Below, one piece after another: positions 10,242 to 18,319 of a stretch of 64,000 nucleotides of DNA. The DNA comes from Candidatus Lutacidiplasma silvani (GTDB lineage Archaea > Thermoplasmatota > Thermoplasmata > Lutacidiplasmatales > UBA184). Made by a program: the position numbers and the translations under genes. The notes under the pieces were generated by a model, which saw nothing but the letters and a program-made list of their open reading frames with translations, did no database searches and was not told the DNA's origin. Positions within the stretch are counted from its first letter, which is position 1; the number at the start of each line of letters is the position of its first letter. The stretch spans positions 133,651 to 197,650 of the forward strand of contig JAKIVZ010000001.1 in the NCBI GenBank assembly GCA_022750295.1, written 5' to 3'.

Positions 10242-11039
10242 GTGGGTCGCCAGAGGCGCTCCCCGCTGGGATCGGCTCGGAGCCGGATCCCGACCGGAGT
10301 CGTTCTCGTCCCGGCCGCGGCCGTCCTCCTGAGCGCCTTTGTTCTCCTCGCCCCAACGGCCGCCGGTCAGAAATTGGGCCCTATCGGAAAGCACGGACCT
10401 CCGTTCCACGGGACTACGACCATTGCTCCGACGATCACCCGGGTCGGTTGCAGCGCCTCCGCCTCGTTCCTTGTCCCGCCGAAATTCAACCTCACCACCG
10501 GATTCGGGCACGTCTCCGCGAAGTCCGCCGCCAAGAGCTGCGGGCCCGCCGGCCTCCACGACCTCGGGCAGACGAACGCGACCGTCGGGTTCGACTCCAC
10601 GCCGTTCACGTGGTCGTCGCCGGGCCCAGTACCCGCGAACTTCACCGTCAATTTCACCGTCCGGTTCGTGACCAACCTCTCGGCCACCCTTGGGGCCCCC
10701 GCCGGCGGACCGTCCGCGTGGGCGTACTCGGCGGTCCTGGTCCCCAGCTACCTGTACGACCTGACCGCGGGCACGGCCGCCACCGGGGGCGCGTACTACT
10801 TCCAGGAAACCACGAACGGCTCGTTGACGGGAATCGTGAACGCCACGTGGAACTACCCCGTCCGGGCCACGTTCTCGCCCACGCACATCGTCTCGGACGA
10901 CCAGTACACCGTCGAGTTCTCCGCCTACGCGATCGAGCTCGCGTACGCCCCGGGCCACACGTCGACGAGCGCCACGGCGCTCCGGAACATGGGGACGGGC
11001 AGCGAGAAGTTCAAGGTCGGCTTCTGGGAGCTGGCCTAA
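10242..11039 (+). CDS. Secreted hypothetical protein
   Basis: Signal-peptide-like N-terminus and a Thr/Ser/Asn-rich body with several NxS/T sequons. Confidence 0.6.
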   Translation: MGRQRRSPLGSARSRIPTGVVLVPAAAVLLSAFVLLAPTAAGQKLGPIGKHGPPFHGTTTIAPTITRVGCSASASFLVPPKFNLTTGFGHVSAKSAAKSCGPAGLHDLGQTNATVGFDSTPFTWSSPGPVPANFTVNFTVRFVTNLSATLGAPAGGPSAWAYSAVLVPSYLYDLTAGTAATGGAYYFQETTNGSLTGIVNATWNYPVRATFSPTHIVSDDQYTVEFSAYAIELAYAPGHTSTSATALRNMGTGSEKFKVGFWELA

Positions 11040-11379
11040 GTCGGAGCTTCCCGTCGACCCGGGAATCCCCGGGGGGGAATTCCCGTCGGCGATGGAGCTC
11101 TCGCACGGTGTTCCGAGTGACCCCGGCGCTGCGCTCGATCCTGACGACGACCAAACGATCCCCCGTGGTGGTGTAGAACACCCGAGTCGTGCGATCGAGG
11201 GGAAACCGCCAGAGTCCGCGCAGCTCACGAAGTTCTTTGACCCGCACGCCCGGGTGCGACCGGAAAGGCGACGCCCGCAGGAGTTCGAGATTCTCCTTCA
11301 GTCGGCGTCGAAGCCGTGGCGACAATTCACCGACTTCGTCGAGCCCTCGCGGATCGAATTCGACCGAATACAGGCTCAA
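11011..11379 (-). CDS. Type II toxin, RelE/ParE family
   Basis: TTG start overlaps the antitoxin stop (TTGA). The sequence YSVEF...VKELRELRGLWRF...RVFYTTTGDRLVVVRIE fits the RelE fold pattern. Confidence 0.75.
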   Translation of the reverse strand: MSLYSVEFDPRGLDEVGELSPRLRRRLKENLELLRASPFRSHPGVRVKELRELRGLWRFPLDRTTRVFYTTTGDRLVVVRIERSAGVTRNTVRELHRRREFPPGDSRVDGKLRLRPAPRSRP

Positions 11380-11606
11380 AGACCGAGCCTCTTGTACGCC
11401 TCTTCGGCGGGGATGGTCTTCGCCTTGCCGCCCCCCAAGTCGGCCACCCTCCGTCGGAGCTCCGCCATGGTCTCCGGGGGGTAGTACTCCTCCGCGAGCT
11501 CCTGAAGGAGTTCGTCGTACGACTCGCCCGGACGTTTCATCGACTCGAGCAGATGACGCGTGCTGGATCGGATCGTGATCGTGGTGGGGCGGTCGGCGAG
11601 CGCCAT
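11376..11606 (-). CDS. Antitoxin (RHH-like, archaeal RelB/VapB type)
   Basis: TTITIRSSTRHLLESMKRPGESYDELL N-terminus and IPAEEAYKRLGL C-terminus. Lies directly upstream of the toxin. Confidence 0.8.
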   Translation of the reverse strand: MALADRPTTITIRSSTRHLLESMKRPGESYDELLQELAEEYYPPETMAELRRRVADLGGGKAKTIPAEEAYKRLGL

Positions 11607-11641
11607 CGATGGCAATAGCTGGCCAATTGGCATAAGGTTTC
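11602..11641 (-). promoter_or_regulatory. TA promoter with palindromic operators
   Basis: Perfect palindromes GCCATCGATGGC (11602-11613) and GCCAATTGGC (11622-11631) next to a minus-strand BRE/TATA-like AAACCTTATG. Confidence 0.55.
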
Positions 11642-11905
11642 CCTCCCCAACCCCGTGACCCGGGCGGCAGGATCGAGAGTTGGTTCGCGGGGGCGGCACG
11701 ACGGCGACGTTCGTTTCCCCGCCCGAGGTTCCGACCGGGAGGGCTTGCTCTGAGGGGGGTTCCGCACGAGTTCCGGGGCACGGACCCGATTCTCCCTGCC
11801 CCGGGGCGGGCGGTCCCCCCATCGCCGGTACGGACCTCCCCGGCGGCTCGGTGGCTCGTTCGCCTTCGACCCGAGCACCCGATTCTGGAGGGCCCCGGGG
11901 CCGGC

Positions 11906-12391
11906 TCAGCCAACGCGGAGATCAGGGGGGATGCTCTCGGAGGCCCCGCAGTGTGGGCACCGGGCGCTCCACGTCGGAACGTGGCGTCCGCAGGTCGGGC
12001 AAAGCGGGCCTAGGGCGTCGAACGAGAATGCGGGGCTGGCGGCCCGCGGACTCGTCCGCCAACACGGAGACCCGATCAAGGCTCCGCCGACGATCCCGAA
12101 GAGCCACCCGAGGTAGAATCCCCCGCCCGCCAACAACGAGGCCCCGCCCAGCACGATGATCGCGACCCCCGCGGCACCGGCGCGATGCGGTCGCGAAGTG
12201 GCGAGCGCGGCGAGGGCGATGATCGCCGGTCCGAGAACGAATCCGGCGACGCCGACCCCGACGGCAAGCGGGGTGTTGAACGGGAGGAAGAACGCCCCCA
12301 GAAGCACGAGGGCTCCGCCGAGCGTTGCAATCAGCCCGGCGGTCTGGGGTCCGAGCGCCCGCCGGCGGACCGGGATGAGCACGGGGAACAC
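11906..12391 (-). CDS. Membrane protein with C-terminal double zinc ribbon
   Basis: About four hydrophobic helices (including GGGFYLG) followed by CPTC...CPHC. Confidence 0.6.
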   Translation of the reverse strand: MFPVLIPVRRRALGPQTAGLIATLGGALVLLGAFFLPFNTPLAVGVGVAGFVLGPAIIALAALATSRPHRAGAAGVAIIVLGGASLLAGGGFYLGWLFGIVGGALIGSPCWRTSPRAASPAFSFDALGPLCPTCGRHVPTWSARCPHCGASESIPPDLRVG

Positions 12392-12449
12392 GGGAAGGTG
12401 ACCTCGACCGGCCTGATATCGTTCGGTGGACGGCCACGCCGTCCGGCGC

Positions 12450-13934
12450 CTAGTTGTTCTCTACGATGGGCACCGACTCGCCGCCGTGGCGGGTGGCGCG
12501 GGGTCGGACCTCACAGAAGAGCGGGGTGTGGTAGCCGCCGCCGGTGACGAGCGCCACCCCGACGGGGAGCGACTGGATCATCTCGGTCATCCCCTCGGTG
12601 AGACCCTCGATCGACTGGGCGATCGCCTTCAGGTCGAGCGGGTTCGTCACCTGCAGGATCAGCTGCGTGTTGCACTGCGAGAGGACCGACTTGTCGATCC
12701 GCGCCGCCCGCTGGGTGACGCAGCAGAGTCCGAGGCCGAACTTCCGTCCCTCGCTCGCGATGTTCTTCAGGATCCGCGAGCACGTCGCCGTGCCCTGCTG
12801 CGGAGCGTAATTGTGCGCCTCCTCGATGACGAGGAACAGTGGCGGGATCTTTCCCTTCTTCCGGTTGTCGAAGAGCGTCGAGGCGATCCGGGCGACGACC
12901 AGCTCCTGGACGTCGGGCGCGACCCCCCGCAGGTTGATCAGCGTCGCCTTCCCCTTCTGGACGAGCTCGGCCAGGCTGGTCCCCTGGGGGCCGAGGAGCT
13001 TCGTCTGCTCGAGATACTCGAGCCGCTCGTGGAGCGTCTCGGCGATCGCGCCTTCCCCGCCCTCGGCGGCGTGGACGAGGTCCTTCACGGTGAAGTCGGG
13101 GTGGGTGGCCGCGACCGCCTCGAGGATCGACTTGAGCGGGGCCAGGAACGACTTGACGTTCGTCAGGCCCATGAAGACGAGCAGGTCCCGCGGCTCGATA
13201 TTGCGGAGACTGAACGTCAGCGGCTTCGCCGTCGGGTTCAGGGACACGTCGGGGGAGAACTCCTGGATCTGTTGGGCGAACCCCTGTGCTTCGACGTGGA
13301 AGCGGGCGTGGACCCCGTTCGCCTCGGCGGGCCGGCGGAGCGAGCCATACTCGCCGTGCGGGTCGATGATGAGGCACGTCACCTTGTGCCGGAGCAGTTC
13401 CTCGATGAGCACCCCAAGAAGGTAGCTCTTCCCGCCGCCGGTCTTCGCGAGGACTGAGACGTGGCGCTGGACGAGCTGGTTGATGTCGAGCTCGATCCGC
13501 AGCGAGTGGTTCCGCAGCAGCCCGACGTAGGCGCCCACGTTGCCCCGGTGCTTCAGGCCGAGCACATCGGCGATGAGCGGCTCCTCCGCGAGGAATACCT
13601 TCGCTCCCGGACGGAACGGGATCGTCGGGAGCTTGACGAGCCCCTGCCCGTCGCGGTAGCCGACGACGCGGGCGACGCCGAGGAGATTCTGGTGGATCGG
13701 CGTGTCGGTCCCATGGCCGAGGAGGTCGGCGTGCTCGATGTCGAGGTCGCTCTTGCGGCGGAGGTCGTCGAGCTGGCAGAGGACCGCCCCGTGGAGCTCG
13801 TCCTCGACGGTGAGGTAGTCGCCCCGCTCGACGGGCTTCGTGAGGCTCAGGTGGAACCGACCGAGCCCGACGTCGCCGTAGATCCGGCCGATCTCGTCCA
13901 CGGGCGTTTCAGCGGAGGTATCCGTTATTAGCAT
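12450..13934 (-). CDS. HerA/FtsK-superfamily ATPase (DUF87)
   Basis: HAS-barrel-like N-terminus, Walker A AKTGGGKS, Walker B LVIEEAH, ASEGRKFG and VTQR motifs. Alternative start at 13997. Confidence 0.88.
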   Translation of the reverse strand: MLITDTSAETPVDEIGRIYGDVGLGRFHLSLTKPVERGDYLTVEDELHGAVLCQLDDLRRKSDLDIEHADLLGHGTDTPIHQNLLGVARVVGYRDGQGLVKLPTIPFRPGAKVFLAEEPLIADVLGLKHRGNVGAYVGLLRNHSLRIELDINQLVQRHVSVLAKTGGGKSYLLGVLIEELLRHKVTCLIIDPHGEYGSLRRPAEANGVHARFHVEAQGFAQQIQEFSPDVSLNPTAKPLTFSLRNIEPRDLLVFMGLTNVKSFLAPLKSILEAVAATHPDFTVKDLVHAAEGGEGAIAETLHERLEYLEQTKLLGPQGTSLAELVQKGKATLINLRGVAPDVQELVVARIASTLFDNRKKGKIPPLFLVIEEAHNYAPQQGTATCSRILKNIASEGRKFGLGLCCVTQRAARIDKSVLSQCNTQLILQVTNPLDLKAIAQSIEGLTEGMTEMIQSLPVGVALVTGGGYHTPLFCEVRPRATRHGGESVPIVENN

Positions 13935-14080
13935 GACGCGGGACGCGAAGCCGCCCGTCGCCGTCGCCGGGCCGCCGACCGCCGGAGCCCTCTCCATCGT
14001 CGGAGAAGCGCTTATATTCCGGGCGTTGGTCGAACGACCATTCCCCGACCTCGCCGAGACCTCGGTAGGCGGTTCCTTCG

Positions 14081-14944
14081 TTGACCGACGCCAGTGATGA
14101 GTTGGAACGGAAGCGCGCCGAATCGAACGCGCGTGCCGACGAGCACCGCGCTCGCCGGGACAAGCTCAACGGCGAGGCCCGCACCTTCGCCGACGAGCGG
14201 GCCCGCATCATCGACGAACTTCATGCCCGCAGCGCGGACGCCCAGGACCACCGGCACCATCGGGACGACCTGAACGAGCAGGTCCGCGAGGCGAAGCGGC
14301 TCCGCGAGGAGTGGAACGGCAAGCTGCAGGTCGTCTCCGACAAGGTTGCCGAGATGAAGCGGACCCGGGCGCCCCGCGCCCAGGGCGCGGTCCCCGTCTG
14401 GCGCCTCCGGAAGGACCTCAAGGAGCTCGAATTCCGGCACATGACGAGCGCGCTCACTCCGGACCAGGAGAAGCGGCTCATCGAGGAGATGAAGCGGCTC
14501 CAGGCCGCGATCAAGGAGCAGGACGAGCAATTCCGCGCCGACCCCGAGGTCGACACGGCGATCGCCGACCTCGCCGTCGCGCGCGACGAGGCGGAGAAGC
14601 ACCACCGGGCCGTCGGCGAGCTCGCCGAGGAGGCGCAGCGGCAGCACGAGGAGATGGTGAAGCTCTACGAATCGGTCGACGAGCTTCGGCGCCAGGCCGA
14701 CGACGTCCAGGTGAAGCTCATCGAGGTGAAGGCGTCGGCCGACGAGGCGCACCGGGCCCACATCGCGGCGATCGAGGAGGTCCGCGACTACGAGAAGATG
14801 CTCTACGCGGCCCGCGGCGGCCGCGCCCCGTCGAGCTGGGCCGACGAGCCGCCCAAGGAGGAGGACTTCCTCGCCCGCCTGAAGAAGGGGGAGAAGGTCT
14901 CCACCGCCGACCTGCTCGAGCTCCAGAAGACCGGCCGGGGCTGA
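14081..14944 (+). CDS. Archaeal coiled-coil protein (COG1340-like)
   Basis: Heptad-rich helical sequence ending in the family-like KKGEKVSTADLLELQ tail. Confidence 0.75.
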   Translation: MTDASDELERKRAESNARADEHRARRDKLNGEARTFADERARIIDELHARSADAQDHRHHRDDLNEQVREAKRLREEWNGKLQVVSDKVAEMKRTRAPRAQGAVPVWRLRKDLKELEFRHMTSALTPDQEKRLIEEMKRLQAAIKEQDEQFRADPEVDTAIADLAVARDEAEKHHRAVGELAEEAQRQHEEMVKLYESVDELRRQADDVQVKLIEVKASADEAHRAHIAAIEEVRDYEKMLYAARGGRAPSSWADEPPKEEDFLARLKKGEKVSTADLLELQKTGRG

Positions 14945-14956
14945 GGTCGTTCGCCG

Positions 14957-15748
14957 ATGCCCGACCCCTCCGAGGGGGCGACCCGCGCCGTCCTGTTCGA
15001 CCTCGACGACACGCTCGTTCCGTTCCAGACCCTCGCCCACTGGCAGTGGGCGTGGAAGCCCCAGGGGCCGGCGCTCCCGGAGCGCCACGCCCGTTCCGCC
15101 ATCCGCCGTTCGCTCCGCAGCTGGGACCGACGCCGCTGGCAAGGTCTGGTGGGGGCGGCCCCATCGGTCGGGCCCGCCGACTACCGGGTCTTCCTCCACG
15201 ATACGCTTCTCGCGATCGCCGACCGGCCGGTCGCCGATTCGGAGGTCGAGAGCGTGGTCGACCGGTTCCTCCGTCCTTCCCCCCACGGGGAATCCCACCC
15301 CGACGTGGCCCCCGCCCTCGTCTGGCTCCAAGCCCACGGGGTGCCGTTCGGAGTCCTGACCCCGTTACCGGAGCCCGTCGCGAGGGCGTACCTGGCCCGC
15401 GCCGGCCTCGGCGCGAACGTACCGCTCTTCGCGGATCCGAGTTCGGCCGACGCCCCCCGACTCCCCGCCGCGGGCGCGTTCCGGTCCGCCCGGAACGCGT
15501 TGGTCGGACGGTCGGGCCGGGTGGTGTACCTGGGCGACCTCTACTGGAGCGACGTGCGGGCCGCGGCCCGCGCCGGATTGGGGGCCGTCTTATTGGACCG
15601 GCATGATCTGTTCGAGGGGCTGGGCGGAGCCCGAATCGGGTCCCTCGCAGAGCTTCCGGCACTTCTCGACGCCGTAGCCGCCCCGGGGTCCCCCGTGGGC
15701 TTGAACGACGGTGCCGGGGGTCCGGCAGAACCGGGCGGCCCGGCGTAG
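14957..15748 (+). CDS. HAD-superfamily hydrolase
   Basis: VLFDLDDTL motif I and YLGDLYWSDV motif IV. Confidence 0.8.
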   Translation: MPDPSEGATRAVLFDLDDTLVPFQTLAHWQWAWKPQGPALPERHARSAIRRSLRSWDRRRWQGLVGAAPSVGPADYRVFLHDTLLAIADRPVADSEVESVVDRFLRPSPHGESHPDVAPALVWLQAHGVPFGVLTPLPEPVARAYLARAGLGANVPLFADPSSADAPRLPAAGAFRSARNALVGRSGRVVYLGDLYWSDVRAAARAGLGAVLLDRHDLFEGLGGARIGSLAELPALLDAVAAPGSPVGLNDGAGGPAEPGGPA

Positions 15749-15901
15749 GCCGACGTTCCACCCCCGGTCGCGGACTCGCCGACCGCCACGAGGTCGGCCC
15801 GTTCCGGAAGGGACGCACTCCGGACGCGGGGCGGAGGGCGTCCGGGGCACTCGGGGCACCCACCGGTGCGTCGACGCGACGTCGGCGCGCGAGTTCCGCC
15901 A

Positions 15902-15913
15902 ATACCTATATAA
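15902..15913 (+). promoter_or_regulatory. BRE/TATA promoter of the V4R-Roadblock pair
   Basis: ATACCTATATAA lies 27 nt before ATG 15940 in a GC-rich background. Confidence 0.6.
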
Positions 15914-15939
15914 TTCCCCCGTCGGTGCTGCGGCCGACC

Positions 15940-16341
15940 ATGCGCTACGTGAAGCTCAACCAATCGGAGCTCCACCGCGTCCTCGAGCTGTACGAGGGCG
16001 TGATGTCCCACGCCTGCCACGGTCTGTTCTTCAAGGAAGGGTCGGTCCTCGGCGCCGACATGGCCGAGGAGGCGCTGAAGGACCGGGCGAAGTACTTCCA
16101 GCGGGCCTCGGAGATCCTGAAGGAGCGGGGCTGGCTCGAAGAGATTCATTTCAAGGACGGAGAAGTCACAGTCAAGGGGTCGATCGAGGTCTCCCCGAGC
16201 GACATCCCGACCTGCCACCGGCTGCGGGGCATCCTCCGCGAGTTCTACGAACGTTTTAAAGGGTCGCGCGTCAAATGCACGGAAGAGATGTGTGCCTCCA
16301 CCGGGTCCCCGGAATGCCATTTCCGAATCGAAGAGATGTAA
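15940..16341 (+). CDS. V4R-domain protein
   Basis: G-W helix, TCHRLRGIL and the C-terminal EEMCASTGSPECHF, typical of the V4R cysteine motif. Confidence 0.75.
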   Translation: MRYVKLNQSELHRVLELYEGVMSHACHGLFFKEGSVLGADMAEEALKDRAKYFQRASEILKERGWLEEIHFKDGEVTVKGSIEVSPSDIPTCHRLRGILREFYERFKGSRVKCTEEMCASTGSPECHFRIEEM

Positions 16342-16357
16342 TTAGGAGAATCCGGGA

Positions 16358-16717
16358 ATGATGGCCACAGGCAACGTAGGCGCCGTAATCAAGGACCTCA
16401 AGACCCGCATCGGCGGGATCGCCGCCGCCCTGGTCTCTCGGGACGGCCTCGTCCTGTACGCCGACGTTCCCGCGGGGGTCTACACCGAGACGTTCGCCAT
16501 CATGTGCGCCACGATCCTCGGAGCCGCCGCGACCGCCAACACCGAGCTCAACCGGGCCCCTCCGGAGAAGATCGTCATCGAAGGGAACGACTCGAAGACC
16601 GTCATCGTCGGGAGCGGCAAGAAGGCCCTCCTGGTCGCGGTCGTCGACCAGTCGGCCGACGCGAACCGCGTCCTCGCCGAGGTCGGCAAGGTCGCCGAGC
16701 TCCTGAAGACCAGCTAG
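16358..16717 (+). CDS. Roadblock/LC7 domain protein
   Basis: GIAAALVSRDGLVL...FAIMCATILGAA...IVIEG pattern, preceded by an AGGAG RBS. Confidence 0.85.
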   Translation: MMATGNVGAVIKDLKTRIGGIAAALVSRDGLVLYADVPAGVYTETFAIMCATILGAAATANTELNRAPPEKIVIEGNDSKTVIVGSGKKALLVAVVDQSADANRVLAEVGKVAELLKTS

Positions 16718-16847
16718 GTCCGGACCGTCGTCCCGAGTCGCCGTCTGGGCCATCGGTTCCGGTGTCGCACTGCCCACTCGGGGCCGCGCACTTCTGGGTG
16801 TCGCGCCTCGCGCCCAGGCGGAGCCGCGCTCCTCCTCGGGGCCCCCC

Positions 16848-17156
16848 ATGACGCCGATCGTGGTCTTCGAGGTCATCGGGATCGCGGCGGTGATCGTGGT
16901 GGCGGCCGCGATCGGTCTCCCGTACCTGGTCAGTTCCCGCCGGAATCGGAAATTCGGGACCCACGGGTTCGTCCAGCACTCCCGCCTGACCTGCCCGAAA
17001 TGCCACGGGGTGTTCGATTACAGCTGGTACCCGGGCATGGCGTTCACCGCCGTCCGCCTCGGACCGGGGCGGTACATGGCGTGCCCGCTGTGCCACCACT
17101 GGTCGTACTTCCGAATTTGGGACGCCCCACCGCCCCCGACGACCCCCGCGACCTGA
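16848..17156 (+). CDS. Small membrane protein with zinc ribbon
   Basis: N-terminal TM helix followed by CPKC and CPLC. Confidence 0.65.
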   Translation: MTPIVVFEVIGIAAVIVVAAAIGLPYLVSSRRNRKFGTHGFVQHSRLTCPKCHGVFDYSWYPGMAFTAVRLGPGRYMACPLCHHWSYFRIWDAPPPPTTPAT

Positions 17157-17171
17157 AGGCCCGCCCGTCCG

Positions 17172-18053
17172 CTACGACGCGCGGCCCGCCGACCCGTCCG
17201 GGGTCCCCGACTCGTTCTCTCGGGGGGCCCCGGCGGCGACCCCCGGAGCGAGCCGCTCCCCGAAGCCGGTGAGGACCCGGCAGAAGTATCCCGCGAGCGC
17301 CGCGACGAGGCGGATCCAGGAGATCAGCGTCTTCTGGTTGGACATCAGCCGACGGACCCGGTAGTTTCCCCAGAGGCTCCCGTGCTTCTCGGTCAGTTGC
17401 TTTCGCCCGTACCCGTTCCAGAACGCCTGGAGAAGGAACCGGACGAACGTCGCGCGCATCTGGTGGTTGACGATCGCCCTCGGCGCGAACCGGATCGTGG
17501 CGCCCCGCTCGACCGCGCGGAGGTTCAGGTCGATGTCCTCGGCGGTGATGAACCGCGGGTCGAACCCCCCGAGGGCGAGGAAGAGCGAGCGCCGGTAGCC
17601 GAGGTTGCAGCTCGGATAGGTGACGTCGTTCCCGCGCTGGAACAACTCGACGCGCTCGAGGGCGCCGTACGACGCCGAGCCGACCGCCTTGGTCTCGCCG
17701 GCGGCGACGTCGCCCTCCCGGAGGGCCGCCCGGATCTCGGCAAGCCACCGGGAGTCCGCGAAGCAATCCCCGTCGATGAACGCCACGAACTCGCCGCGGG
17801 CGTGCGCGACGGCCGCGTTCCGGCCGATCCCGCGGGACCCGTACTTCTGCGCGACCCGGATCAGCGCCGGGTGCGCGGCCGCATACGTCCGGAGGATGTC
17901 CCACGTCCCATCGTGGGAGAGCGCGTCGACGACGACGACCTCGAACGGCCCCTCCTGCGCGAGCAGGGATTCGAGCAGTTGGGCGATGTGGCTTCGCTCG
18001 TTCTTGACGGTGGCGACGACGGAGATGAACGTCGGGGAGGGACTACTTCCCAA
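17172..18053 (-). CDS. Glycosyltransferase family 2
   Basis: SVVATVKNE, VVVDALSHDGT, GRNAA, FIDGDC and GGFDPRFITAEDIDL motifs. Confidence 0.9.
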   Translation of the reverse strand: MGSSPSPTFISVVATVKNERSHIAQLLESLLAQEGPFEVVVVDALSHDGTWDILRTYAAAHPALIRVAQKYGSRGIGRNAAVAHARGEFVAFIDGDCFADSRWLAEIRAALREGDVAAGETKAVGSASYGALERVELFQRGNDVTYPSCNLGYRRSLFLALGGFDPRFITAEDIDLNLRAVERGATIRFAPRAIVNHQMRATFVRFLLQAFWNGYGRKQLTEKHGSLWGNYRVRRLMSNQKTLISWIRLVAALAGYFCRVLTGFGERLAPGVAAGAPRENESGTPDGSAGRAS

Positions 18054-18285
18054 GTTCCATCACGACGACGTCCTTGACCGCGCGCATGCTCTTGAAGGGG
18101 AGCACGAGCCGGCCGGACGCGTCGTTGGGGAACAGCCGGGCCTCGACGTCTTCGCCCGGAGTGACGAGGACGTGGGCGATCGATCCGGTCTGGGTGTCGA
18201 CGACGAAGTTCTCGATCAATCCGAGGATCTGGCCGTCGTTGGTCATCACGGTCTTTCCCCGGAGCTCGGTCAGGAACTTGCGCAT
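18043..18285 (-). CDS. PRC-barrel domain protein
   Basis: ELRGKTVMTNDGQILGLIENFVVDTQTGSI...LPFKSMRAVKDVVV. Archaeal PRC-barrel proteins include the CdpB cell-division family. Confidence 0.85.
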   Translation of the reverse strand: MRKFLTELRGKTVMTNDGQILGLIENFVVDTQTGSIAHVLVTPGEDVEARLFPNDASGRLVLPFKSMRAVKDVVVMELGK

Positions 18286-18319
18286 GTCGGCCTCATGCGC
18301 CAACTCCCGGAGTCGATAT

